From contig AP026679.1 of NCBI GenBank assembly GCA_025999155.1, positions 666,561 to 730,560 of the forward strand: a stretch of 64,000 nt of DNA, written 5' to 3'. This stretch comes from Candidatus Dojkabacteria bacterium. Lineage in GTDB: Bacteria > Patescibacteriota > Dojkabacteria > JAOAGR01. Position numbers and translations under genes: made by a program. Below, piece after piece: positions 48,466 to 59,153 of this stretch. The notes below the pieces were generated by a model. The model ran no database searches, was not told the DNA's origin, and saw nothing but the letters and a program-made list of their open reading frames with translations. Each line of letters begins with the position of its first letter. Position 1 is the stretch's first letter.

Positions 48466-50277
48466 CTATATCTTTTTTAATTTTATCGCTAATTGTTCAG
48501 CTTCACCTAGTAAATCTTCTATCTCGGCAAGTCCTTCATACCAGAATTTTTTATCTGATATGTTGATACCGATATCGTTAAATATATCTTTAGGCGACTT
48601 TGATGATCCTGCAGATAAAAAGTATTTGACTTTATTTATTTCTTCAGGATTATTTTTTACTCGGCGTTGGAGAGCCTTGGAGATTAATAGTCCGCTAGCG
48701 TATGAATACACGTAAAAATAGTATCTTATATGAGACCAATACAACCACCAATTTTCACTTCCAGCATCAAATGAAACTGCATCACCCATATAGTCTCTCA
48801 TATTTTTAATAAATAACTCTCCAATTCTTTTATAGGATACATAACCCTCTTTTCTAAATGTTTGATGCAAATCTTGTTCAAAAGTATAGCAAGCTATTTG
48901 TCGAAATATAGTACTAACTTCATCATTAAGTTTTGACATGAGGAGAGCAAGACGTTCTTCATAATTTGCACCTCTTAGTATTGATTGAAGTACAAAATCT
49001 TCCATGAACGTACTGGCTACCTCTGCAGTAGAAGTAGGTGTTGAAAAATTTAAAGCATTCTGGGTCTTTTTGATTAATTCATTATTTATTCCATGGCCTA
49101 CTTCATGAGCCAAAGTTAAAACATCGTTCAATCGGTTATTATGGTTTAAAAGTATATATGTTGGATCAGTTAACAGATTGTGAGAACAGAAAGCACCATG
49201 CGTCTTTCCTTTTTTTGAATATGCATCAATCTGACCATTCTCATTATACATTTGTATTATATCTCCAAATTCTGGATCAAGGTTATGAAGTACGTTTCTG
49301 ACCATATCATAAGCTTGTTCATAAGTGTATTGAGTTTCTAAAGTACCATATTCGACATTCCGCTCTGCGTAACTTATTTTGCTCACTCCTAATAATTTAG
49401 CTTTGAGTGCATAATATCTTTGAGAGATAGAATATTTTTTTGTTACTGCATCTATTAGAGCATCTACGACTTCGCTTTCAATATCGTCATTCAAATGTCT
49501 ATTTTTGTCGGGGCGTTCTAATCCTCTTATTTCATCCTCAATTTTTGCATACTCAAGTACAGCATTCAGTTCTCTCTCTGCAATATGAACATATTTTTGA
49601 AGAATATCATTCAAAGCTTTAGCCGCAGAATCTCTGACGGTTTTATTTCTGTCTGATAAGAGACTTGTTATTTTAGAAAAGGGCAATTTCTTTTTGCCAT
49701 TTTCTGTAAACACATAACGTTGTTCTTGTGCCAACAGGCTTTCAATCATATCGACCCAATCCGAATAGCTAGTTTTTTCAAAGAGGTTTACGATCTGCTC
49801 TTCTTTTTCAGAAAGCATATAAGCAGCCTTTGCGAATATTTTCTCGAGATAATGTTTATAATTTTCTAAGGCTTGCGATTGTAAAAATTTATTTTGTTTA
49901 TCTTTTTGAATTGTACTTATAGCTAGTGTAAAAAAGACTAAAGCGTTTGCATTTCGTTGACTTTCATAGACGACTTTATTTTCTAATGCCTTTAGTGCAG
50001 GATTATTTTGATCTAAAGCCCGACTCAGATGTATAAAATACGCCGCTTTCCCTGCCGTACCATAATAATGCATCAATTTCTCATAATCATCCAGTGCTTC
50101 TCGAAGAATCATTGGATCCTCCAGAAAATCAGTACGATTTTTCCATTTTGCTACAAATGCTTCTACATTTTGTGTCACTTCTTTCATGTGAGCTAATATG
50201 CTTTTCTCATCGATATCTTCAAACAGTTGTGATAAATCCCATTGTGCCCTGATTTGTCGTTCTTGCCTCATGTTCAA
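48466..50277 (-). CDS. pepF: Oligoendopeptidase F (M3B family zinc metallopeptidase), copy 2
   Basis: 603 aa. 'AHEVGHGINNELIKK' HExxH. Collinear with, and ~70% identical to, copy 1. About 75% nucleotide identity. Confidence 0.85.
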   Translation of the reverse strand: MNMRQERQIRAQWDLSQLFEDIDEKSILAHMKEVTQNVEAFVAKWKNRTDFLEDPMILREALDDYEKLMHYYGTAGKAAYFIHLSRALDQNNPALKALENKVVYESQRNANALVFFTLAISTIQKDKQNKFLQSQALENYKHYLEKIFAKAAYMLSEKEEQIVNLFEKTSYSDWVDMIESLLAQEQRYVFTENGKKKLPFSKITSLLSDRNKTVRDSAAKALNDILQKYVHIAERELNAVLEYAKIEDEIRGLERPDKNRHLNDDIESEVVDALIDAVTKKYSISQRYYALKAKLLGVSKISYAERNVEYGTLETQYTYEQAYDMVRNVLHNLDPEFGDIIQMYNENGQIDAYSKKGKTHGAFCSHNLLTDPTYILLNHNNRLNDVLTLAHEVGHGINNELIKKTQNALNFSTPTSTAEVASTFMEDFVLQSILRGANYEERLALLMSKLNDEVSTIFRQIACYTFEQDLHQTFRKEGYVSYKRIGELFIKNMRDYMGDAVSFDAGSENWWLYWSHIRYYFYVYSYASGLLISKALQRRVKNNPEEINKVKYFLSAGSSKSPKDIFNDIGINISDKKFWYEGLAEIEDLLGEAEQLAIKLKKI

Positions 50278-50420
50278 AATCTAACATTTATATGAAAGTC
50301 TGTAAACTGATTCGAATTTTATGAAAATCTTTGCATCGCAATATATAGGTTTCTTAGCTGATGAAATTTCTCTTTTTATAATAAAATTAATAAAATTAAT
50401 AAAATAAAAAGCCATTTCTG

Positions 50421-51071
50421 ATGAATACTAAAATCAGTAAAATTCATGGCATAATTTTGAATAAAGTTCCTTTTGGAGAAAAAGATATGATTTTTAATTT
50501 ATTGGACGAAGATGGTGATCGCAAAGCTTTTTTTGTGAGAGGAGTGCAGAATCTCAAAAGTAAGTTTGTCGGATACATACAAATTGGATATGTTTTACAC
50601 ATAGTCTGTACGAAAGGAAAAAATTTTTTCTATCCTCAGGAAATGCATTTAGATCTAGGGAACATATTTGATTTTTATAAAAAAAGTATCGATCATCTCA
50701 ATTGTTATTTAGACTTGGTGAATATAGCAGCATCCATTAGCCGGGATATACATTCGAAAGATTTGTATCAGAAATTATTATCATCGTTATCAGCTCTGCA
50801 ACAAAGTACAGATAGTTTAGAAAAAATATATAATGATTACATTGAATTCTGCATCAAATCATATGGTATAAAATTAACAGAATTAGAATTAATTGAGCAA
50901 CAGGGAGGATATTTTTACTATCATTTTGCCTCTAATAATGTTTTTTTGCATACTCATAAGCCAGCATCAATAGATGTTCAGTTAATCCGCTTTGATTTGA
51001 AATTTAAGAAATTCTATTTACAAAAATGTTTTTATAACTACATAGATAATCATATCAAATTAAAATTTTAG
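50421..51071 (+). CDS. recO: RecO-like recombination mediator (divergent)
   Basis: 216 aa. N-terminal OB-fold pattern 'HGIILNKVPFGEKDMIFNLLDEDGDRKAFFVRGVQNLKSKF' resembles RecO 'EGIVLR...YGE.d.IvtLLT.ehG......KGA.k..S.l'. No zinc-finger cysteines were seen, so the call is tentative. Confidence 0.4.
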   Translation: MNTKISKIHGIILNKVPFGEKDMIFNLLDEDGDRKAFFVRGVQNLKSKFVGYIQIGYVLHIVCTKGKNFFYPQEMHLDLGNIFDFYKKSIDHLNCYLDLVNIAASISRDIHSKDLYQKLLSSLSALQQSTDSLEKIYNDYIEFCIKSYGIKLTELELIEQQGGYFYYHFASNNVFLHTHKPASIDVQLIRFDLKFKKFYLQKCFYNYIDNHIKLKF

Positions 51072-51099
51072 TTTAGAATTTATAATCTGCTATAATTAG

Positions 51100-52338
51100 A
51101 TGTCGATGAGTATACGAACTATTGGATTAAGTGGATTCATTATTTTGGTCGGCGTATCTGTGTTATATCTCATACCACCATTCAGTATAGATTTTGCTGG
51201 TCGGAGATATTTCTATGAAGGTTTACCAAGTCTGTTTGATCCACGCTCTTTGCAGTTAAATATTGATTCTTCTGGTAATACAAATAGCTACAAATATGTA
51301 GTAAAGTCAGTGTCAATTCCTGATTCGAAAAATGATGTGCATCGACTGGTTGCAAGAGATTTGCATATATTTGAAGAAAGACTGCGTAATTATGTAGGTA
51401 ATAATTTTGAAATAAGGACTGATATAGGAAGAAATGAGGTGACTCTGACTTTTTTATTGAATAAGAGTTTGGAGCAGTCAACAAATTTGTTAACTTCTAC
51501 TAATGCAGATTTTGAGATTCGTACATTAAAAACAATTACTGCTTCAGAATCACAAGATGAAGGTTCTGCTCCTCAATATGAAACGTTCAATTTACAAAGA
51601 AATGATTTTGGTTTTGCTGAGTTATTAGAGCAGCAATCTGCAAGTAATTTATCAAAGTATGACATTGCATTACCATTAAGTCTTTTTATTACTCCAGAAA
51701 AGATTAATTTGATTCGTAATCAATTGAATAAACCTTTGCAAGTGTCTGTTGCAGGGTCGGAGTGGCAAGCATACTTTGATTACAATCAAAATTATGTACC
51801 TACAAGGCTCATATTAACTAGTATACCAAACCGTGCTCAGGCTACTTTAATAAAAGGTTTTTTAAATACTGAACCCACTAACTTAGCTTATAATTTAGAG
51901 GCTGTCTATTATGTAGAGTATAAGTGGTATCAATCGTTGATCCCCTATGTTGTAATGATAATTGTTGTGATTTTAGCTGTCTTACTTGACTATTGGCGAT
52001 ATAAAAGTATATCCAAAACACGTATTTTCTCGATCCTAGGTTTGACATTAATATGTTTGGCTTCAGTAAAGTTTCTCAACCAGACGTTTTCTGTAACGAC
52101 ATCTCTAATTTTGTGCATTCCTCTTATTTTTGTCATTTTATCTACTCATTACACATATATCTTTTCTTTCATTGGTTTATTATCATTTATTAAATTACTT
52201 ACCTTATTGAAGGGATTTGATATATCGATGGCGAGTATGGTCTTGATGGTTGTATTTACTATATTTTTATATCTAGCGAATTATATAAATTTTGTTAGAA
52301 GACATGTTTCGTCTAAAATCAATCCGACAACGATTTAA
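51100..52338 (+). CDS. Hypothetical membrane protein (N-terminal anchor, large extracytoplasmic region, C-terminal multi-TM)
   Basis: 412 aa. Hydrophobic segments near residues 5-30 and 290-400. No known motif. Confidence 0.3.
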   Translation: MSMSIRTIGLSGFIILVGVSVLYLIPPFSIDFAGRRYFYEGLPSLFDPRSLQLNIDSSGNTNSYKYVVKSVSIPDSKNDVHRLVARDLHIFEERLRNYVGNNFEIRTDIGRNEVTLTFLLNKSLEQSTNLLTSTNADFEIRTLKTITASESQDEGSAPQYETFNLQRNDFGFAELLEQQSASNLSKYDIALPLSLFITPEKINLIRNQLNKPLQVSVAGSEWQAYFDYNQNYVPTRLILTSIPNRAQATLIKGFLNTEPTNLAYNLEAVYYVEYKWYQSLIPYVVMIIVVILAVLLDYWRYKSISKTRIFSILGLTLICLASVKFLNQTFSVTTSLILCIPLIFVILSTHYTYIFSFIGLLSFIKLLTLLKGFDISMASMVLMVVFTIFLYLANYINFVRRHVSSKINPTTI

Positions 52339-52939
52339 AGTTTATACTAATATTAAGTTAAGTTTACGCAAATTTGACTATTTTTTAATTTTTGTATTTG
52401 TGTTACTTAACTCTCTTATAATATTTTTATCTATTTTCTATCAATTGTATGAATACATATGGCAATTTGCACGAGCTAATTTATTTACATTAATTTTTAT
52501 TATCATTGCGGGTATAACGTTATTCTATTTCTCGTATCGGCAGTTTGTACGCAAAAAGCCTAATTTCATCAGCTTACTTATTTATTTCTTTGTTTTATCT
52601 CTTTTTATTTATTGTGTAATAGGTATTAATTTTTTGTTAAATAATGTTTTAGAAAAAGCGTCTTTTACTAATGGTATTAATATTTTTATATTTACTACTT
52701 TGTTTTTATGTGTGACAATGTTGTCAAAGTATGATTTCCCTCAAATATTTAAGTTGGTTGAGCTGTATAAAGCATCTCAAAATTATTTTTATGCTAATTT
52801 AGGAGTATTTTTAGCTTTTGCTCTAGTTATATCTGTCATTGGTTATATGAATGTAACTTTTGTATATGTTATTGCATTTTTTGTTGTGCTAATAATGTTG
52901 TTTACAGCAAAAGCTTTACTTGCAAATATAAGAAGTTAG
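52292..52939 (+). CDS. Hypothetical polytopic membrane protein
   Basis: 215 aa with ~6 hydrophobic helices. Overlaps the upstream gene end, so it is probably co-transcribed. Confidence 0.3.
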   Translation: MLEDMFRLKSIRQRFKVYTNIKLSLRKFDYFLIFVFVLLNSLIIFLSIFYQLYEYIWQFARANLFTLIFIIIAGITLFYFSYRQFVRKKPNFISLLIYFFVLSLFIYCVIGINFLLNNVLEKASFTNGINIFIFTTLFLCVTMLSKYDFPQIFKLVELYKASQNYFYANLGVFLAFALVISVIGYMNVTFVYVIAFFVVLIMLFTAKALLANIRS

Positions 52940-52980
52940 TTTTTGTAGAATATATGCGAAGTTAATCTATATAAATATAA

Positions 52981-54264
52981 ATGTCAAAATTAGTTATTAA
53001 AGGGAGTACACCGATAAACGGTACTGTATATCCCGAACCAAATAAAAATTCTATATTGAAGCTCATTCCTGCAACTATTTTGTGTGAAGAACCAGTAACG
53101 ATTAGAAATGTACCAATGAGTTCGTCTGTGTTAGTTTTTATAGATGTTTATAAATCTCTAGGTGGAACAGTAGAATTTTGTGGGCCAGGTGTGGTACGTT
53201 TTGATCCGAGAACAATAAATTCATACGTTATTCACGAGGATTTAGCATTAAAAGAAAGAGCAACTTTCGTATTCTTAGGCCCTTTATTAGCGAGGTTTGG
53301 CAAGGCCGAAATTTCAGATCCAGGAGGATGTAAATTAGGAAATAGACCTTTAGATGCTTTGTTTCAAGGACTGTCGGAGTTAGGAGTAAAGATTGATAAG
53401 GATAATGGTTATAAAATGTCGGTTGATAATTTGAAGGGAAAGGACTTAATTTGGTTGATAGAGGCTTCTGTAACTGGGACAGAAAATTTGATTCTTGCTG
53501 CCGTAAAAGCAAAAGGCAAGACTGTAATTTATAATGCTGCTTGTGAGCCACATACGCAGGATTTGTGTAACTTTTTAGTATCTGTAGGAGCAAAAATCGA
53601 GGGTATTGGTTCTAACTTACTAACTATCGAAGGGGTAGATTATTTGGCGGGTGGCGAATGGACTGTCATTTCTGATCATATAGACATTGGAGGATGGATT
53701 GTTGCTGCTGCAATAACAAATGGAGAGCTTTGGATAAAAAATGCAATTCCTCATCACATGCAACAGATATTGAATTACTTTAGAAAATTAAATCTTTATG
53801 TAGAGGTTAGGGGTGATGATTTATTTGTACCTAATGGTCAAATTTTAAAGTGTCTTAGAAATGTACGTGGCGATATAGATAAAGTACCAGATCAGCCTTG
53901 GCCTGGTTTTCCTGTAGATCTTATCCCTCAAATTTTGGTTTTAGCACTTTTAGCAGAGGGTAGCATAAAGATTTTTTCAAACATGTATGAAACGCAGCTG
54001 TTTTTCATTGAAGAATTACAGAGGATGGGGGCTTCCGTGATTATGGCAAATCCTCACCAAGTTATAACTTTTGGGCCTTCGCGATTTCATGGAGCAATAG
54101 TAACTGCTCCTAGTATACTGCAATGTGCTCACGCTCTTGTGCTGGCGGCTTTAGCCGCGGAAGGATCTACGACCATTTTAAATGCCGAATCTATTTTTCG
54201 TAGATATCCAAATATAGTAAGAAATCTACAGCAATTCGGTGTTGATGTCTGCATGGTCGAGTAA
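52981..54264 (+). CDS. murA: UDP-N-acetylglucosamine 1-carboxyvinyltransferase
   Basis: 427 aa EPSP-synthase fold. Active-site loop 'DPGGCKLGNRPLD' (the catalytic Cys of MurA). 'GATENLILAAV'-type motif 'TGTENLILAAVKAKG'. Confidence 0.9.
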   Translation: MSKLVIKGSTPINGTVYPEPNKNSILKLIPATILCEEPVTIRNVPMSSSVLVFIDVYKSLGGTVEFCGPGVVRFDPRTINSYVIHEDLALKERATFVFLGPLLARFGKAEISDPGGCKLGNRPLDALFQGLSELGVKIDKDNGYKMSVDNLKGKDLIWLIEASVTGTENLILAAVKAKGKTVIYNAACEPHTQDLCNFLVSVGAKIEGIGSNLLTIEGVDYLAGGEWTVISDHIDIGGWIVAAAITNGELWIKNAIPHHMQQILNYFRKLNLYVEVRGDDLFVPNGQILKCLRNVRGDIDKVPDQPWPGFPVDLIPQILVLALLAEGSIKIFSNMYETQLFFIEELQRMGASVIMANPHQVITFGPSRFHGAIVTAPSILQCAHALVLAALAAEGSTTILNAESIFRRYPNIVRNLQQFGVDVCMVE

Positions 54265-54296
54265 TAAAATATTTAAAAATTGTAAAAATAGCACTT

Positions 54297-54713
54297 ATGA
54301 AATCTGTAAATAAAGTGATACTAATAGGTAATATCGTACAAGATCCAGAGGTTGTACAAATAAGCCAGGATACCGAGTTGGCAAAGTTTACTATCGCAAT
54401 TAATGAGTCTTATAAAAAACCTGATGGAGAAGTTAGTGAGGTTACCACATATATTGATTGCGAAGCTTGGTCTGGTATTGCAAAAGTTGTGAAAACTTAT
54501 TTAAGAAAAGGTTCGAGAGTTTATATAGAAGGCAATCTGAGATCTGATAAATGGACCGATGCCGATACTGGCAAATCTCGAACTAAACATAAAATTCGTG
54601 TTTTAGATTTAGTCATGCTAGATACACGGAAAGATGCTAATAGTGTAGATTCTTCCAAATCCATAGACGATGCGAATGTACGCGTAAATGTCGACGATGA
54701 GCTACCATTTTAA
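54297..54713 (+). CDS. ssb: Single-stranded DNA-binding protein
   Basis: 138 aa. N-terminal OB-fold 'MKSVNKVILIGNIVQDPEV'. Acidic C-terminal tail ending 'DDELPF' (SSB protein-interaction tip). Confidence 0.85.
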   Translation: MKSVNKVILIGNIVQDPEVVQISQDTELAKFTIAINESYKKPDGEVSEVTTYIDCEAWSGIAKVVKTYLRKGSRVYIEGNLRSDKWTDADTGKSRTKHKIRVLDLVMLDTRKDANSVDSSKSIDDANVRVNVDDELPF

Positions 54714-54737
54714 TTTTAAGTTTTGATCAGAAGTAAG

Positions 54738-54765
54738 AAAACCTGGTATGTTATACCAGGTTTTT
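54738..54765. terminator. Bidirectional rho-independent terminator between convergent ssb and leuS
   Basis: Perfect hairpin AAAACCTGGTAT-gtt-ATACCAGGTTTT flanked by A-run and T-run (aaaacctggtatgttataccaggttttt). It is symmetric, so it can terminate both strands. Confidence 0.65.
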
Positions 54766-54800
54766 AATTTTAGTGGGTGTAAAAAAATTTTATTAAAAAG

Positions 54801-57326
54801 CTACTTTACTACTATATTGACTATCTTATTTTTAACATAGATGAAATTTTCAATTTGTTTGTCTTTTATCCATTTTTGAACTGCAGGTAAATTGAGTGTC
54901 TTCTCTCTTACGCTGGATTCTGCTTCATCACGCTCAATCTCTACTGTAGCTCTTAATTTCCCATTTACTTGTACTCCAATTGTAATAGTCTGATCTATAA
55001 CCATGGCTGGATCGTAATCAGGCCAGGGCTGCACATGTATAGATTTATCTTTTGTGAATTCTTCAAATCGGTAATTATGTAATGTTTGCCATAATTCTTC
55101 TGCAATAAACGGAGCAAACGGAGCTATAACCTTTAAGAAACCAGACCATTCATCTTTGCCTATATACTCTTCTTTCTGAGCAATATTCACAAAGATCATT
55201 ATTTCACTCACAGCTGTATTAGTCTTTAGGTTATCAATCATATCACCTACGTTTTTAACCATTTTGTTATATGCAACCTTTAGAGGTCGACTTGACTCTT
55301 TATCTGAAACCTTTGAAGAGAGAATATATATATCATCTATAAGTTTTCTACATGCTTTGAGTCCTCCTTCTTGCCAAACTATCGTTGCATCATATGGTCC
55401 CATAAAATTAATGTATAAACGTAATGCATCTGCTCCATAAATTTCTATTTTTTCGTCTGGATTGATTACATTTCCCCGTGATTTGGACATTTTTTCGCCA
55501 TCAGGTCCTAATAGTATTCCCCCGTTCATGCGCCATGCATATGGTTCTTCTGTAGGAACTAGGCCAAGATCGAATAAAAATCTATGCCAAAACCTGGAAT
55601 AAAGTAAATGTAAATACGTATGCTCAGCTCCACCAAAATACATATCCACTGGCAGCCAATACTTCATCTTTTCCATATCAGCGAAGGTTTGAGAATTATG
55701 GGGATCTATATATCTTAGATAGTACCAGCAAGAACCAGCCCAATTAGGCATGGTATTAGTTTCTCGTTTGGCTGGAGTACCATCTTTCGCAACTGTATTA
55801 ACCCATTCAGTGTTTTTCGCAAGAGGAGATGTCGCATCAGAAGATGGAGTATAGTCAGGTACATCAGGCAGTAGAAGAGGAAGCACTTTGTTATATTCGT
55901 CAGGATTTTCAGTACTGCATATGGCTTCAACTTCGCCATTTGCTTTGTGAATCAGCGGTATAGGTTCCCCCCAATATCGTTGACGCGAAAATAGCCAATC
56001 TCTTATTTTATAGTAGACTTTCTTTGCACCAAATCCTTCTCTTTCTGCTTTTGTTATTAGTTGATTTGTAGCTTCCTCGATAGTTAAATTGGAATACTCT
56101 TCTGAATTTATTAAATATCCACTTTTTTGTGTGTATGGTAATTGAATTTCTATAGGTTCATTTGGCTTAATGACTTGAATAACTTCAATATTAAATTTTT
56201 TAGCAAATTCGTAATCTCGTGCATCATGTGCCGGTACCACCATTATTGCCCCCGTTCCATAGTTCATTAATACAAAATCCGAAATCCATATAGGTACTTT
56301 TTTCTGATTAAACGGATTAATAGCATAAGATCCAGTAAACACTCCAGTTTTTTCTTTAGTGTCTGCTAACCGCTCGAACTCGGTTCTTTGCTGAGTTTTT
56401 GCCAAATATTCTTCAACTTGTATTTTATATTCTTGTGTCGTTAATTTTGTTACTAGCTGGTGTTCTGGAGCTATAATCAGGCATGTTGCACCATAGATAG
56501 TATCTATCCTAGTCGTAAAAATTTTGATTTTGTCTTTCTCTGGATTATCTACTGTAAAATATATTTCTACACCTTCGCTTCGACCAATCCAGTTAATTTG
56601 CGCAGCCTTGACTGATTCTGGAAAGTCTACTTTGTTTAAACCTTCGAGCAATTTATCAGCATAAAGTGGCATCTTTAACACCCACTGTTTGAGCATACGT
56701 CTTTCAACAGGACTCTTACCATCACGTTCAGCAACAAGGTTACCATTTGCATCTTTAATCACTTCTTCATTTGCTAGTACTGTTTTTAAACTTTCGCACC
56801 ACCACACTGGTTCTTCTTTTAATTCAGCAAGTCCGTGTTCATAAAATTTCAAAAAAAACCATTGAGTCCATTTGTAATATTCAGGATCCGTCGTATTAAT
56901 TTCTCTTTCCCAATCAAAACCATAACCAGCTTCTGCAAGCACTCTTCTATATGCATCTGTGGCCTCTTTTACTATTTGAGCCGGGTGCACATTCGTTTTA
57001 ATAGCAGCATTTTCTGCTGGAAGTCCAAAAGCATCCCAACCAATGGGAAATAACACATTATATCCAGACATTCTCATTTTACGAGCAAGAACATCTGGTA
57101 GAGTGTATCGCATCATGTGTCCGACGTGCAAACTCTTTCCAGAAGGATATGGAAATTCTGCGAGAATATATTTTTTTGGTTTCTTGCTGAAATCTTCAGC
57201 CGCATACACTTTGTGCTCCCGCCATGCCTGTGCCCATTTGCGTTGCATTTGTTTGAAATCTCTGTGTTTCATCTTTCTTATTGATGAATAGGTATATTTT
57301 AATACAAAATTAACATTCATCAACAA
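54801..57326 (-). CDS. leuS: Leucyl-tRNA synthetase
   Basis: 841 aa. HIGH-region 'PYPSGKSLHVGHMMRYTLPDVLARKMRMSGYNVLFPIGWDAFGLPAE', KMSKS 'KMSKSRGN', and a CP1 editing domain. Confidence 0.95.
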   Translation of the reverse strand: MLMNVNFVLKYTYSSIRKMKHRDFKQMQRKWAQAWREHKVYAAEDFSKKPKKYILAEFPYPSGKSLHVGHMMRYTLPDVLARKMRMSGYNVLFPIGWDAFGLPAENAAIKTNVHPAQIVKEATDAYRRVLAEAGYGFDWEREINTTDPEYYKWTQWFFLKFYEHGLAELKEEPVWWCESLKTVLANEEVIKDANGNLVAERDGKSPVERRMLKQWVLKMPLYADKLLEGLNKVDFPESVKAAQINWIGRSEGVEIYFTVDNPEKDKIKIFTTRIDTIYGATCLIIAPEHQLVTKLTTQEYKIQVEEYLAKTQQRTEFERLADTKEKTGVFTGSYAINPFNQKKVPIWISDFVLMNYGTGAIMVVPAHDARDYEFAKKFNIEVIQVIKPNEPIEIQLPYTQKSGYLINSEEYSNLTIEEATNQLITKAEREGFGAKKVYYKIRDWLFSRQRYWGEPIPLIHKANGEVEAICSTENPDEYNKVLPLLLPDVPDYTPSSDATSPLAKNTEWVNTVAKDGTPAKRETNTMPNWAGSCWYYLRYIDPHNSQTFADMEKMKYWLPVDMYFGGAEHTYLHLLYSRFWHRFLFDLGLVPTEEPYAWRMNGGILLGPDGEKMSKSRGNVINPDEKIEIYGADALRLYINFMGPYDATIVWQEGGLKACRKLIDDIYILSSKVSDKESSRPLKVAYNKMVKNVGDMIDNLKTNTAVSEIMIFVNIAQKEEYIGKDEWSGFLKVIAPFAPFIAEELWQTLHNYRFEEFTKDKSIHVQPWPDYDPAMVIDQTITIGVQVNGKLRATVEIERDEAESSVREKTLNLPAVQKWIKDKQIENFIYVKNKIVNIVVK

Positions 57327-57422
57327 AAGTGAATAGAAATATTCTTAAAGAGAAAGAAATCCGACACCCGTCAAAAAAGATAAGCAAACAAAGCTATATT
57401 TTAATTGAGGATTTATTACTAT

Positions 57423-57953
57423 TTAGAACCTTCCGGCCATGTATTGATTAGTAAATCCATTCATGTATGTATCGAGAATTACACGAATGTTAGGGATATT
57501 AGCTAATACAAAATCTTGGATTCTTTTTATTGCTTCTTGTTGCTGACTAGGATCGTTGCCTGACTGTTCGGCTAAAGCGTTTAACTCGTTTCTTTTATCT
57601 TCAGGTAAAAGAGACAAAGCCATATCGTATATTTCAGCCTCCAACTTATTATATACTCTTGCAACTTCAAAATTTACCACATCTTCAGATACATCTGGGC
57701 CTTGGGATTTAATACTATTTATGGTCTGAGGGTCAAGAGGAGGATACATATTTGGATCTGTTGCAGAGAGTTGCGAATAATGAGCCAAAAAATAGTTCGG
57801 TCTGTACTTACGATTCACTAATTCGAGTATATACTCTCTGAGCTTCACATCATAATCTCTCGGTAAGTTTGCTGGGTAAGCAGCAAATGGCACAACATTT
57901 TTTGTGTTGCTATTTGGTTGCATGTTTTGATTTACGTTGTGTTGATTGTTCAT
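57423..57953 (-). CDS. Hypothetical protein
   Basis: 176 aa, hydrophilic, N/Q-rich N-terminus. No motif recognised. Confidence 0.3.
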   Translation of the reverse strand: MNNQHNVNQNMQPNSNTKNVVPFAAYPANLPRDYDVKLREYILELVNRKYRPNYFLAHYSQLSATDPNMYPPLDPQTINSIKSQGPDVSEDVVNFEVARVYNKLEAEIYDMALSLLPEDKRNELNALAEQSGNDPSQQQEAIKRIQDFVLANIPNIRVILDTYMNGFTNQYMAGRF

Positions 57954-57986
57954 GGTATTTTAAATATAAATATTATTTGATAAATG

Positions 57987-58889
57987 TCAAGCTGTAATTA
58001 CGCGCTCTAATGTAGCAATGCGTTCTTCTATAGGAGGGTGTGTTGAAAACATTTTACGTAGAAAAGACCCTGATTCTTTTAGAGGAAAGTCAATGAACAT
58101 GTGAGCATTACCTTCGGTTGCGTGTATCACTGGTGTGTCATCTGCTGCCAATTTTTTTAATGCGCTAATTAAACCTTGTGGATATCGAGTGATTTCCACT
58201 GCTGACATATCAGCTAGGAACTCTCTACGTCGTGAAATGGCCATCTGGATCATTAGAGATATAATAGGAGCAAGTATTAGTAATAACAATGCAATGATTA
58301 CCATAACAATATTTGCACCCTCATTTCTTCTATTTTTGTTATTATGAAGAGTGCCTCGTAAAATTGCATCTGTCGCATAAGTTAAAACACCAGCCAATAC
58401 CGAGACTATCAACATTAATCTTATATCATAATTTCTAATATGAGCTATTTCATGTGCTATAACTCCGTCAAGTTCTTCTGTATTTAGTTTTTGTAAGAGG
58501 CCCAGTGTAATAGCTATGTGTGAATGTTTAGGATCACGTCCTGTTGCATAAGCATTAAGGGCATCTTCTGGTAGTATATGTACTCTTGGCTTAGGAATAC
58601 CCGCCTTTATAGCTATGATTTCAACTCTGTCATTTAAATATTTAAATTCAGGGTTATCTGTCACATCAATGGCACCTGTCATCTTTAAAACCATTTCGTC
58701 CCCAAAATAGTAAGTAGATAGTGTGCCAATTAGTGAGATTGCAAGAGATAACAATCCATAAAATATACCTACTGACCAGCTTTGTGTCAGAGCATAACTT
58801 AGAAGCATGACGCTGGTCACAATATATACAATAAATACTACCATTAAGATAAAACTAAGCCGTTTGTTTTTATCAATTTGGGAGTACAT
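57987..58889 (-). CDS. htpX: Zinc metalloprotease HtpX homolog (M48 family), catalytically intact copy
   Basis: 300 aa. Two N-terminal TM helices, 'GVIAHEIAHIRNYD' (HExxH), two further TM helices, and the third-ligand region 'RRREFLADMSAVEITRYP'. C-terminal 'FSTHPPIEERI'. Confidence 0.8.
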   Translation of the reverse strand: MYSQIDKNKRLSFILMVVFIVYIVTSVMLLSYALTQSWSVGIFYGLLSLAISLIGTLSTYYFGDEMVLKMTGAIDVTDNPEFKYLNDRVEIIAIKAGIPKPRVHILPEDALNAYATGRDPKHSHIAITLGLLQKLNTEELDGVIAHEIAHIRNYDIRLMLIVSVLAGVLTYATDAILRGTLHNNKNRRNEGANIVMVIIALLLLILAPIISLMIQMAISRRREFLADMSAVEITRYPQGLISALKKLAADDTPVIHATEGNAHMFIDFPLKESGSFLRKMFSTHPPIEERIATLERVITA

Positions 58890-59153
58890 AAAACATCAAT
58901 TTATTAATTTTATCACATTTACCAATCGCAAAATTTCCACATTTAAACATCATTTAGGGAAATATTACTATCAGTAAAAGATGTCATGTAGAAACGTTAT
59001 TGTTTTTGTAGATAATCAAATCTATTAGTTAACATTATCGCAAAGAGTATCAGTAAGGGTAAGTAAAAGCCGGCATATGCACTTATTTAGGTCTAGAGTT
59101 AGCATTTGAATCTGTATTTTAATATTTCAAAGTAAACTCGTTTTTGTTTGAGA

